From Macrostomum lignano (Eukaryota), in contig NIVC01000647.1 in NCBI GenBank assembly GCA_002269645.1, positions 428,979-492,978 of the forward strand: a DNA stretch of 64,000 nt, given 5' to 3'. The translations under genes and the position numbers were made by a program. How positions within the stretch are numbered: the stretch's first letter is position 1; each line of letters starts with the position of its first letter. Below are positions 24,596 through 36,442 of this stretch, piece by piece. The notes beneath the pieces are model-generated. The model worked only from the letters and a program-made list of their open reading frames with translations, was not told the DNA's origin and made no database searches.

Positions 24596-26180
24596 GTAAT
24601 GTTTGCTTTTAAGGTGTTTTAATAAAAAATTATTTTGCATTACTAAGATTCAAACATAGGTTGCTATATTAGCAGTCCAGTCTGTCTGTATCTAGGCTTA
24701 GGCTATCTCTTTTCAATTGGAGAACATAAATTGTGGCCCTTTATAATTCAATACTTATAGCAGATTGGTTAGAGTAAAAAGTTATGACATAATCAATTTG
24801 TTAGTCAACCAGTATCAGTCTAAATTTAAGTTAGCAATATGGTTACACAATGATAGTCAAGTCTTATATGCTTTTCTTTGACACTGTTTTCAACTTGTTG
24901 TGATGTAATCTTTATCAGAATCAGAATTCAGCCAGTCAGTTTTTTTCTAGAATTCTTAAAATGCATTTTGAGTCAAAAAATATTGCTTGAGCTCTGCAAA
25001 AAAGCATGTTTTTCGAATATTTAATCCTTTAATATTGAGGAATTTCTTAGCCAAGATATATGTACTGTTGTAGGAAATTTTCTAATCAAATGGTGCAAGT
25101 TTGGAGAAGAAAATTGGTTGAGCCATTTTTCTCTAATCAATTGCATACCCAAATATATACAGACAACTCATTTTTAGTATATAGGAAGGAAAGAATTGAA
25201 GAACCAAAAATTTGCTAGTTGCATAACCACTTCCATGCATGTATATAGTCTGCAAAATATAGAATGCAACATATGGTTGTAACTATTCTATTTAGTTTAA
25301 CAAATTGTATATAGATAAACATTTGCAAAATTAATTAATATTAAAAATAACAATAGTAAATAGTATATAGCTTTAATTATTAATTTGTGTAAATGCTAAT
25401 GTAAAAGCTGATTAAATAGCTTTTACTCATATTACACTTATACTCATTGCCAGATTGACTGTCACTAAATTGATTGTCACCAGATTGTCTATTGCTAGAT
25501 TGACTAGATATCCTATTGGCTATGCAATGCCAATGGCAATGGGGATGCCTATTTATAGAATAGGCCTACCTTTTATAATTGTATAACTAGGCCCTATTTC
25601 AAAACTAAAGTCATATAGTACTCTAAACAAAAAAGGTTTTAGTTAAAGCAAGGCAAGCTAGCTACTTATTTCAAATTACTTGGCCTCTGGGTTTATTTTT
25701 TGTGTGCAGAGTGTGCGTATGCACCCTAAATTTTAAAATTGCACTCTGAAATTGAAAAGTGAATACAGTTTAGTTTAGATGCAGTCTTATAATCTATTTC
25801 TCAATTGAAGCTACAGTCATTCACACTGCCTTAATATAAGAAAAAAGAGAAATTTCACTTTGAGCCTTAAAATAGCACCATGAAAGAGAGCATAATGTGT
25901 GATTTTGCACCTTGTCTCTGACGAAAAAGAAAACCCTGCTTAGCCTTGTATCAGTGAGTGCTTAAATTAAATGTAAAGGTGTAAATATTAAAATTTGAAA
26001 GCGAATATCTTTTTTCTGAAAATATAACCACATTTGAATACATGTTTGTTCCTGACTTTATTAAAATTGAGCTAATGCCTAGATTAGACTTAGGCCTACA
26101 ATAAGTGTTAAAAACCTTACAACCAAGTTCCAACCAGTCTAGAAATATATAGAAAGGCTAAAAAGCATCCAACTTGCAAG

Positions 26181-26393
26181 CAGGTGCAGGATCCAGAATT
26201 TTTTTGATGGGGGGAGGGGAGGCAAGCTATACTAAGCAATGAGCACTACAACCCAATATTGGAAAACAGACTTGGCATAGTTGCAGGCAGCCAGGCAGGC
26301 CCAAAAAGTGTGGCCCAATTTTTTTGGCCACAGCTAAGGGCGAGCCGGCGAGGGGGGGCATGGTCCCCATGGCCACCCCCTGATCCGCACCTG
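26181..26393. mobile_element. Small MITE, hAT-like termini
   Basis: Imperfect TIR caggtgcaggatc / gatccgcacctg. Flanking 8-mers cttgcaag and aatccaag match at 5 of 8 positions. Confidence 0.45.
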
Positions 26394-27150
26394 AATCCAA
26401 GGACCAAGAGCAGCACCCTCTGATGTCATTGTAAGCCCTAGTTGTCGACAATATATAAATTATGCTTTTAGTTGACTGGTGGTCGTCGCACCACGCCCAA
26501 TAAAGAAAACTGTTCGAGTTCTTAGAAGCATTTCATAGAAAAAAATATTTTTTAAAAATCCATAGGCCTTTTATCACTACAAAAACTACCATTTGTACCG
26601 TATTTCTTTTATTCTTTACCAGTTTCTGGTAGATTTTAGGTAAAATGGCTTGTACTTATCTTTCAGCCTGTTATAATGCCATTAAGTACCGGACTGAATG
26701 ATACGCATTGGTACACATGAAAACAAAGTAAATGAAACAACAGCGCATTTCCTCCTGATCCCTGGGTTAACTGTATTCTTCATGTGCGTTCAGCTGTCCC
26801 TGACCCGTAATTGAGGCTGATGAATAGCAGGTGATTGTTTTTTGGGTGACACATGAGTGACTAAAAATGACGACTTGACATGCAAGTGATTAAAAATGAC
26901 GAGTTACAGGCAAGTGCTTAAAATTCAATGACTAATCAAGTAAAAGGATGGAAAACCTCGTTTCTTGAAAAATTTTAGGGGTAGGTTGTTCCGAAAAGAT
27001 ACACTTTTTCATCCCAAAGACCCACTGTTCATCGTTTGATACTCGTATGTTTTGCCTTAATTTCTTATAGCGATCTATATTGATATTCATGGAGCTTTTC
27101 GTTCCAAAAAATAGTCAGTCAGTCTGTCTGTCTGTCAGTCAGTCCGTCAG

Positions 27151-27448
27151 TCAGTCACTGTCAGCACTCATGGCACTGACAGCATACACAGCTTCGCACT
27201 GTTCGGCATCCGACGCTGCGTGTGTCGCCACCTCGCCGTCTTCACCATCACGCTCGACTCTTGAGCTGCCCACGGACGCCTCCTCTGGTCCGCTCATCGA
27301 ACTCTCGCCGATATTCGCGTACAACGCGTCGTCATCAGAGACCGCCTGAGTCGTAACTGAGGAAGTCGTTGATCCGCGTCTGAGCTTGCTGCCACTGCCG
27401 CATGTCCTCGGCGAGGGCGGCGCTGGAGATTCTGGCGGCGGCTGGGGA
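27151..27448 (-). pseudogene. Frameshifted paralog of the ITIM-bearing terminal exon at 32932-33290
   Basis: ALAEDMRQWQQAQTRINDFL in one frame and DDDALYANIGE...EAVYAVS in another; cccgcag acceptor; runs into a (TGAC)n tract. Confidence 0.5.
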
Positions 27449-27499
27449 CTGCGGGATGGGACGGGCGGCTCAATGACACTGTGATGGACAGCTCAAAGT

Positions 27500-27712
27500 T
27501 TTGGGATGGGCAACTCAAGGATGCTGGGATGCGCAGCTCAAGGATGCTGGGATGCGCAGCTCAAGGATGCTGGGATGCGCAGCTCAAGGATGCCGGGATG
27601 CTCAGCTCAAGGATGCTGGGATGCGCAGCTCACGGATGCCGGGATGCTCAGCTCAAGGATGCTGGATGCGCAGCTCAAGGATGCTGGGATGCGCAGCTCA
27701 AGGATGCTGGGT
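27500..27712. repeat. 23-bp minisatellite (gatgctgggatgcgcagctcaag)
   Basis: About 9 copies. Confidence 0.9.
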
Positions 27713-28259
27713 TTCAGTTATAGATACAATTATCTCAGCTCTCACCATTTTGTCTCCATGGCTTTCGACGCTACTTGGAGTTTTGGACTGAAAGCAGCAA
27801 AACATGTTGCAGAAATTGCTTGAGGCAAACACTGGCTGTCATGTCAAACTGGGTACTTTCACGCCCAGTATATCGCAGGTCTGCACCTTTTTAGCTTTTT
27901 TAGCTTTACAGATAAAAATCTGAAGCATGGTGTTGCGCCTGAACGAGCAGAAGAGGCTCTGCTTGAGTGCAACATGCACAAGTTAATCAGCCATGACAAA
28001 CCAGTTTCAAATATTTGAAATGCACTTTCTAGCAGATGTGAATGTGCGGCCTGTGACCAGCCTCAGAGCTCAGGGTTTCACCTGCAGGTACCTTATCCAA
28101 AAGCAAAAGAATTTAATAAAGTGAACCAATTTAATGATTAGGTTCCGTAAAAATAAATACCGTCTCATACATATAATTTGCCTAAAATATGTCTACAATA
28201 GCAATTTAGCTGCAACTTGTCGCAGAAATCTGGTGAGTAAAGCTTGAAGTAAAATGCAC

Positions 28260-28879
28260 AAATATTTGATGGAGCTGCAGCGGCTGGGACGTCAACGCCA
28301 CCGCTGGGGAACTGCCGGGCTGCCGAGCGCCTCATCCAAGCAGCTGCTGACATCGGCTCCAGCCCGCCGTACATGGCGATTCAGCGAGACCATCTCCAGC
28401 TGGCGGACCTGCTGGCTGAAGACGACCAGACGGCCATTCAGATGGCCATCCGAGCTGGCTTTGACGACCTGCTGCGGCTGCTTCTGGCGGCCGGTGATGA
28501 CGCGAACTGGCCGACCGCGGTGAGCCGCCGCTGCTCACCGCCATCTGTCTGGGATGGGCTGAGGCCGCGAGGCTGCTGTTCTCGGCCGGTGCCGACGCGA
28601 GTGTCCGAGGCGCTTCAGGCAGGAGAGGCGGAGCAGCTGAAGGAGAGTTCACCGATGCCTGCGATTCTCGCTGCAGCGAGCCTGGGACAGCGGGAGATTC
28701 TGGTCCACCTGCTGGCATCCGGAGCTGACTGCGACACGAGAGACAGGAAGGGGCAACCGTTTTTCACCATTTCGGCACGCAAAGACGGGACGATATTAAA
28801 GATCGTTCTGAACAAACTACTCATATCGGAAGGGGACAGTTTCAGAAAAAAGCTATCACATGGAAACCAACCAACCTGA
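28260..28879 (+). pseudogene. Ankyrin-repeat pseudogene (or exon with sequencing errors), several frameshifts
   Basis: TAIQMAIRAGFDDLLRLLLAAGDDAN, then in a shifted frame DRGEPPLLTAICLGWAEAARLLFSAGADASVRG, then PAILAAASLGQREILVHLLASGADCDTRDRKGQ. Confidence 0.7.
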
Positions 28880-29759
28880 CAAAGTGCATGTTCTCTTTGA
28901 TGAATTTCCACGCCAATTTTGCTTCAGACGTGCCAACGATAGTCAAAACGTTTCCATCCTATGCTGTTGTTGCAATCAGAACGAAGAATCGGCGGATATC
29001 CGTCTGAGACATGTTGGCGTTGGCAAAGTCGTGGGCCTTCAAGCTGCCATTGAACAGCACGTTCCCTTGGATTCTTAAGCCAAAGTACAAGCAAGCGACA
29101 GGCATTGGTGTCACTGGCCGGACAGGTGCGCAAGTCGAGAGTTTTTCTTTGTGATAGAACGCATGGCATGTCAGTTCCCGTGAATTCACATGTAGCGAAA
29201 CATACTCCTGAGCTGGTCCCCCAACATGTGAATTCCGCGGCCTGCATGTTGCTGAAGTCTCGAACTGCCTCTTGATCCTCACCAGCCAGGTGAGTCCGAT
29301 GAAGAATCTGATGCTGGACTTGTTAGCCATGGCGAAAGCTACTGAGCGATCGCACCTGCTCGGCTCTACCGAATGCTTACCGGGTACAGGCCACTACTCA
29401 GGAGAGGAAATGAAGCACTGAAGCAACACGTGCAAAATTTGGAAATTTCCTCCTAAAGGCCGATCAAAGACGCAAGTAAAAGTTCAAAAACGATGTCTAT
29501 GGCCGAGACTGCCAAGCAAGAATGAGTTTCTTCTGTGCAATTTCTGTGAGCTTGAGCTCATACGCTTGTAGATCGATTGCAAGTTCATGAACTTAATTAT
29601 TTTGTTTTCATTTACTGACTGTTAAAAAGTTAATTGACAGCAGCTCAGTCGGATATTGAAGGCATCAGGTCCGGGAGACAGTCGGCTGTCGGCTCTTTGA
29701 TAGCTTCGTAACCTGATAAGGGAATTCTGCAGGGAGCTCTGTAGATTCAGCAGGACTCA

Positions 29760-31530
29760 ATGACCAGCAGCAGCGGCTCCAGCAGCCCGGCAGTTCAGCA
29801 GCCCAGCAGCGGGCAGCTCAGCTCGCTGTCTCCCGAGCCTCAGCTCTCATCGGCCAGCGGCGGCTGCAACTTCAGAGACAGCTGTGACGGCGGCGGCGGT
29901 GGCGGCAGGGGCGGCGGAGGCTCTTACGGAGTCTCCCGAAGTGACGATGCCGCCCGTCAGCTGATCGCGTCAATCAGCGGCTCGGTGGAGGCGGGCCGCT
30001 CCGTGCTGGAGGAGGTCCGCAGTCGTCTCCGCCCAGTGGCCGGCGCTCGCACAGCAACCGCGGCAGCCTCATCGGCCTTCGATGGCGCCGCGGCATCGTC
30101 TTCGTCCGGCTTCGGCCTGGCGGACAACTTTGAGGTGGTCATCCGCCTGACGAGGCAACGACTGCGGCCCGCAGCGGAGGGCCGCCGACCATCCGAGGCT
30201 GATGCGGCGGCAGCGGCTACGGCGGCTGCGGCGGCCGCAGATCCCGAAGACGAGGCGGCGCTGTGGGGCTCGCCGGACTTCGCCGACCTGCTGCGGCACC
30301 GGCGGAGAAGTCTCCGACCAGCTCAGGAAGCGCCGTCTTGGATAGCTGCGGCCGTGACGTCTCAAACATCACACCAGAAACCGCACCAGCCACCGCACCA
30401 GCCACCGCACCAGCCACCGTACCAGCCACCGCACCAGCCACCGCACCAGCCACCGCACCAGCCACCGTACCAGCCACCGCACCAGCCACCGCACCAGCCA
30501 CCGCACCAGCCACCGCACCAGCCACCGCACCAGCCACCGCACCAGCCACCGCACCAGCCAACGCACCAGCCGCCGCAGCTCGGTGACACGGACACGGACT
30601 CGCAGGCCGACTCGGAGATTCTCGACAGCGTCAGCGCCGTTGGTACTCCTGCGACGACCACAGAGGAGCCGCTGCAGCTCTGCGAAGCTGCCGAGGTCGG
30701 AGACGCCGCCTCCAGCGCCGGTCCTGGCTGTCGGAGCGAAGTCGGAGACTCGGATACGGCGCTGCAAAGATCGGCGGCGGCCGCCGCTCTCGCCGTGTCG
30801 ACCAGCGCATTGAATTCGCTGGTGGTTTTCGACACGGGCAGCCTGCAGGGCGAGGCGGCGAGGCGGTGAGGATGGGGCGGACTTAGGATGGGGCGGACTG
30901 AGGATGGGGCGGACTGAGGATGGGGCGGACTGAGGATGGGGCGGACTGAGGATGGGGCGGACTGAGGATGGGGCGGACTGAGGATGGGGCGGACTGAGGA
31001 TGGGGCGGACTGAGGATGGGGCGGACTGAGGATGGGGCGGACTGAGGATGGGGCGGACTGAGGATGGGGCGGACTGAGGATGGGGCGGACTGATGTTTCA
31101 GATGTTCACCCCGTTTGCCAACCCCTCATGAAACAGGATGTCTCCGCTGGCAGATTTGACATCAGACTTACCGCCAGAAGGCCAGCCCGAATGCCAGCCC
31201 GAATGCCAGCCCGAATTCCAGCCTGAATGCCAGCCCGAATGCCAGCCTGAATACCAGCCCGAATGCCAGCCCGAATGCCAGCCCGAATGCCAGCCCTCCC
31301 TGCAGGAGCTTCAGCACCTTCAAGAGCGCGCGGCGGCAGCGGTAGCGGCCCACTTCGAGCTGCTGGGACTTGGGGATGCGTCGTTGCGGCTGCAGCGGCG
31401 GCGGCGGAGGCGGCGGCAACGACTGGAGAGGCTGCAGCATTCGGGAGGTGGCGCTGATGAAGCGCAGAGGCTGAGCAGCTCGTCTCTTGATGAGCAGCAG
31501 CAGCAGGAGGAGGCGGTCAATACTGACTGA
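29760..31530 (+). CDS. Two-exon low-complexity/disordered protein of unknown function (exons 29760-30866 and 31137-31530)
   Basis: A 369-codon GC-rich ORF and a 130-codon ORF join in frame through CG|gtgagg ... aaacag|G (phase 2) across a repeat-filled intron. Contains PHQP and PECQ repeats. No family recognised; upstream exons are possible. Confidence 0.5.
30380..30572 (+). repeat. 12-bp coding repeat (PHQP)n
   Basis: ccaccgcaccag, about 16 copies, within the ORF. Confidence 0.9.
30870..31093. repeat. 16-bp intronic minisatellite (gatggggcggactgag)
   Basis: About 14 near-perfect copies. Confidence 0.95.
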
Positions 31531-32118
31531 CAGGCTCGGGTGACAGCAGCGCGGGAATCCGGCAGAGCAGGGGGGGCTGAGGACAGTCAGGTTTCTGATG
31601 AGGGAGCTCTGATTGAAGCACCGGGGCACCAGCTGTAGCGGCATTTTCATGCATTTCATTTTCGGTAACATTTTAGTGCTTCTGTTAACTGCTGTAAATA
31701 CAAAAGTGCGCTAAGAGGCAGCAGTGGAGGAGGCGGGACATTCAGAAAAGTGAAATTGTAGTGTAAGTGAAATTCAATTAGCAATGAACATGGTATAGAA
31801 GTCGATGGAGTCTGAATGCTTCATCAAAGATAATTCTTCACCAATTGAGTCGTTTGACAGCGCCTGGTGCTTAAATGATGAATTGACCTCAATTAGAATG
31901 ATGCATTTTGGTTATGATTTATTTCACAATTTTCTAAGCCTCATTTTGTCAGTTTCCGTGTTTCCATTTAATAAGGACTGCCATTTAATAGCATCTGCTT
32001 TGCTCAAAACTCCAAAATTACTAGGTGCCTACTCTTTAGTAGCACTGTTTGAGGCTGAATTCATTGCTTTTTCGGTGGGACGAATTTTATTTGTTGTCAC
32101 GTGACTGGCTGCGTACCA

Positions 32119-32475
32119 GTCCCAGAATCTCCGGTGGGAGCTGCATCAAAGATCAGGAAGATCCAGCAATTTAGAGTCCCAGAATCACCGGTGGGAGCTG
32201 CATCAAAGATCAGGAAGATCCAGCAATTTAGAGTCCCAGAATCTCCGGTGGGAGCTGCATCAAAGATCAGGAAGATCCAGCAATTTAGAGTCCCAGAATC
32301 ACCGGTGGGAGCTGCATTAAAGATCAGAAAGATCCAGCAATTAGAGTCCCAGAATCACCGGTGGGAGCTGCATCAAAGACCAGTAAGATCCAGCAATCTA
32401 GAGTCCCAGAATCTCCGGTGGGAGCTGCATCAAAGACCAGTAAGATTCAGCAATTTAAAGTCCCAGAATCACTGG
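32119..32475. repeat. 57-bp minisatellite, about 6 copies
   Basis: gtcccagaatctccggtgggagctgcatcaaagatcaggaagatccagcaatttaga at 32119, 32176 and onward. Confidence 0.92.
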
Positions 32476-32774
32476 TGGTTTTGTTAAGTTGCTTTTCAAG
32501 AGGTACGAGCGTACTTATAGAATTTCACTGCTTTCTGTACGTTTTCTTTAGTTTAACCCCAAAGATTACGAGAGATTAATATTCTCACTTGAATGCTTAC
32601 ACAACTTCAATGATGCATGCATTTATACATGTACGCTCATAGATGGCTTAAAATTTAAGGTATTGCAATAGTTGAATAAATTAAAATTGCACTGACAACT
32701 TATAGTACAATGTGCTGTATAGTACAATGTGCTGTACATCCTACTGACAGCGGCCACACTGTCAGTGTAAAAAA

Positions 32775-32936
32775 GTCAGTCAGTCAGTCAGTCAGTCAGT
32801 CAGTCAGTCAGTCAGTCAGTCAGTCAGTCAGTCAGTCAGTCAGTCAGTCAGTCAGTCAGTCAGTCAGTCAGTCAGTCAGTCAGTCAGTCAGTCAGTCAGT
32901 CAGTCAGTCAGTCAGTCAGTCAGTCAGTCAGTCAGT
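32775..32936. repeat. (GTCA)n microsatellite
   Basis: About 40 perfect copies. Confidence 0.97.
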
Positions 32937-33290
32937 TTCTGACAACGCCAACAATGTCAGCATACACGACATCGCCTCCAGATTTTCGGTCTCCGCGCAC
33001 CGCCAGAGTCGCAGTCTCGCCTGGGTCGCCAGCGGCCTCAGCTGATGCACAGCGTCGGCCCGTAGATGCGGTGCCCGGCTCGTCCAGCGCCTTCTTGTCG
33101 ATGTCAGCGTAGACGGTTGCCCTCAGATTTCGTCGAGCTTCGCCTTCGCCATCGTCAGCGGCCTCAGACTGAGAAGCCGCCGAGGTTGCGGAGCGTCGCC
33201 GGCGGAGGAAGTCGTTAAGTCGCGTCTGAGCTGCCTCCCACTGCCGCATGTCTTCGGCGAGGGCCTCGCTGACTGCTGAGCTTCTAGGAA
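32932..33290 (-). CDS. Putative terminal exon encoding a receptor cytoplasmic tail with ITSM/ITIM motifs; upstream exons not found
   Basis: tctcccgcag acceptor at 33291-33292; open frame ALAEDMRQWEAAQTRLNDFL...TVYADI...VVYADI; a diverged paralog lies at 27151-27448. Confidence 0.45.
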
Positions 33291-33459
33291 CTGCGGGAGA
33301 CTGTGGGATGCACTGCATTGTATAGTTTAGTATACATAGTATTGCCTAATCTCATTGGGAGTTTTGTACTCACCGGTTTCTCTTCACTGCTGTCTCGAGT
33401 TCTGGGTCGAAGACAGCAGAGCATGACGTTGTTTCTGTGTTCTTGTGTCCGTTATTGTT

Positions 33460-33635
33460 GTTTCTGTTGTTGTTTCTGTTGTTTTTGCTGTTGTTGCTGT
33501 TGTTAGTTGTTGTTTATGTTGTTGTTGCTGTGTTTTTTGCTATTGTTTCTGTTGTTGTTGCTGTTGTTGCTGTTGTTGCTGTTGTTGTTGCTGTTTTTGA
33601 TGTTGTTGCTGTTGCTGTTGCTGCTGCTGATGTTA
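33460..33635. repeat. (GTT/GCT)n trinucleotide tract
   Basis: Directly visible. Confidence 0.9.
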
Positions 33636-34106
33636 AAAAATCATGAAGTCTGAAACGGACTGACTACTGAAACGTCAGTTATCGAACCGAAATTCCTCTA
33701 CAGCTTTCGAAATCAACGTGTCCTGTTAAGAGGTAACCAAACCAAATAAGTGTATTTGCGCACTAGAAAACTGTTTTGTATCTTACACTGGCAGATACAC
33801 TGCGCACTGCATTTATATCCAAGTATCGAATGGCTAATTAAATCTGCATGCAGTCTTGAGGTCTCGCAAATGGACACAAAAAGCGAGGAGAGGAAATTAA
33901 ATATATTTGCACAGAGCTTCCACACCTGCCTGCCCTTGGGAGGGGGGGGGGGTGGGGGCGGAGCTCATTCGAGCTTCGGGCATGAAGTCTTGCAAAGACA
34001 GTTCTAAACGCAGCATGCCTGTCTGTGAGAACAGAACGAAACAGTTCTGTGCATATCTGTTTGTTGTGCTCAAAGTCTGTCCGTGTTTTTCTAACTTTAA
34101 ATATCT

Positions 34107-35290
34107 TTGGGTTGGGGTTTGGGTTTGGGTTGGGGTTGGGTTGGGGTTGGGTTGGGGTTGGGTTGGGGTTGGGGTTGAGTTGGGGTTTGGGTTGGTGTTG
34201 GGGTTGGGGTTGAGTTGGGGTTGGGGTTGGGTTGGGGTTGGGGTTGAGTTGGGGTTTGGGTTTGGGTTTGGGTTGGGGTTTGGGTTTGGGTTGGGGTTGG
34301 GTTTGGGTTTGGGTTGGGGTTTGGGTTTGGGTTGGGGTTTGGGTTTGGATTGGGGTTTGGGTTTGGGTTGGGGTTGGGGTTGGGGTTTGGGTTTGGGTTG
34401 GGGTTGGGGTTGGGGTTGGGGTTGGGGTTGGGGCAGGGACTACTTAAACTTGGGACGGGAAAGTGGCCAAATCATGCAGAAAATAGTTGGAGGCTGGTTT
34501 TTTTTAGTGCTCCCTAGAATTTATTATTGAACGTAAAAAGCTGAGTTTTTCGCCATCCTGTACAGAATTTATCCCTCTACAAGATGCAAAACTCGATTTT
34601 TGTCAACCTTCATTCTGATAGGAGCAGTGAGCTTTTTTACAGGACCCCCTTTTTTCGGGAGTTTAACATAGCAAACGCCTTATTGAAATGTCTAGGGTTT
34701 CTGCACAAGCATCATCGCTAATAACATAAGCTTTAACATAAACATAATTAGTTTAAGTAGTCCCTGGGTTGGGGTTGAGCTTGGGGCTTGGGGCTTGGGT
34801 TTGGGTTGGGGTTGGGGTTGAGCTTGGGGCTTGGGGCTTGGGTTTGGGTTTGGGTTTAGATTTGAGTTGGGGTTTGGATTCGGGTTTAGGTTTGGGTTTG
34901 GGTTTGGGTTAGGGTTTGGGTTTGGGTTTGGGTTAGGGTTTGGGTTTGGGTTTAGATTTGAGTTGGGGTTTGGATTCGGGTTTAGGTTTTGGTTTGGGTT
35001 TGGGTTAGGGTTTGGGTTTGGGTTTGGGTTTGGGTTTGGGTTTAGATTTGAGTTGGGGTTTGGATTCGGGTTTGGGTTTGGGTTGGGGTTGGGGTTTGGG
35101 TTGGGGTTGGGGTTGGGGTTGGGGTTGGGGTTGGGGTTGGGTTGGGGTTGGGGTTGGGGTTGGGGTTGGGTTTGGGTTGGGGTTGGGGTTGGGGTGGTGG
35201 TTTGGATTGGGGCTGGGCCAATGGTTTGGGTTTGTTTTTGGGTTTGGGTTTCAGTTTTTAATTTGGGTTCTGGTTTTGGGTTAGCATTAG
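34107..35290 (+). repeat. Degenerate interstitial telomere-like G-rich array (TTGGGG/TTTGGG, occasional TTAGGG), split by a MITE
   Basis: G-rich hexamers on the + strand at 34107-34433 and 34768-35290. Confidence 0.85.
34434..34767. mobile_element. 334-bp hAT-type MITE
   Basis: Perfect 17-bp TIR cagggactacttaaact (34434-34450) / agtttaagtagtccctg (34751-34767). The 8-bp flanks are identical (ggttgggg), though both lie in repeat sequence. Confidence 0.8.
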
Positions 35291-35689
35291 GGTCGCTAGT
35301 CAAGTGTCGTGTATCTCCTACTTGAAGTAGGAGCTAAGAAAAAGCCTTCGAGTTAAGAGTTTCCATTGGGATGACGCTGGTGTTTTTAATTCATTTTCAG
35401 TTTAATCAGTAATATTTTAAAACGTATTTAAGGATTTAGACAAGTCCTCGGCAAGGTTTTAATTTGTATCAGACTGCGTTGTGATCTTGCAATGGAATTG
35501 AAGAATATTGCTCTTATCAATGCCATAGCAGCTATTGCATATGTGAAATGTGAAATGTGAAATGCACCGTACTATAGCGAACACGGATCCGCTGTTGGAA
35601 AAAAATTACAAAATAATAATCTGTCAGCTCCACAAGCTAAAAGTGAAAAGTGGTCGTTAATATCTACCGTATTGACTGTGTGACTCTGT

Positions 35690-36442
35690 TTCTTGCTGTG
35701 CGACTCTCTTACTGGCTGTGTGACTCTCTTACTGGCTGTGTGACTCACTTACTGGCTGTGTGACTCTCTTACTGGCTGTGTGACTCTCTTACTGGCTGTG
35801 TGACTCTCTTACTGGCTGTGTGACTCTGTTACTGGCTGTGTGACTCTCTTACTGGCTGTGTGACTCACTTACTGGCTGTGTGACTCTCTTACTGGCTGTG
35901 TGACTCTCTTACTGGCTGTGTGACTCTCTTACTGGCTGTGTGACTCTCTTACTGGCTGTGTGACTCTGTTACTGGCTGTGTGACTCTCTTACTGGCTGTG
36001 TGACTCTCTTACTGGCTGTGTGACTCTCTTACTGGCTGTGTGACTCTCTTACTGGCTGTGTGACTCTCTTACTGGCTGTGTGACTCTCTTACTGGCTGTG
36101 TGACTCTCTTACTGGCTGTGTGACTCTCTTACTGTTATTGGCTGTGTGGCTCTCTTACTGGCTGTGTGACTCTCTTACTGGCTGTGTGGCTCTCTTACTG
36201 GCTGTTTGACTCTCTTACTGGCTGTGTGACTCTCTTACTGGCTGTGTGACTCTCTTACTGGCTGTGTGACTCTTATACTGGCTGTGTGGCTCTCTTACTG
36301 GCTGTTTGACTCTCTTACTGGCTGTGTGACTCTCTTACTGGCTGTGTGACTCTCTTACTGGCTGTTTGACTCTCTTACTGGCTGTGTGACTCTCTTACTG
36401 GCTGTGTGACTCTCTTACTGGCTGTGTGACTCTCTTACTGTG
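35690..36442. repeat. 20-bp minisatellite (gtgactctcttactggctgt)
   Basis: About 37 copies. Confidence 0.96.

Noticed and set aside
28860-29330. ORFs downstream of the ankyrin fragment
   Set aside because: No motif recognised; cannot tell whether they continue the pseudogene.
5006-32475. Regular 28-58-bp repeats that might suggest CRISPR arrays
   Set aside because: The units are contiguous with no unique spacers, there are no cas genes, and the context is eukaryotic.
34692-35325. (NP)n and (GLG/GFG)n ORFs resembling circumsporozoite or glycine-rich proteins
   Set aside because: They arise from the telomere-like hexamer array and have no coding context.
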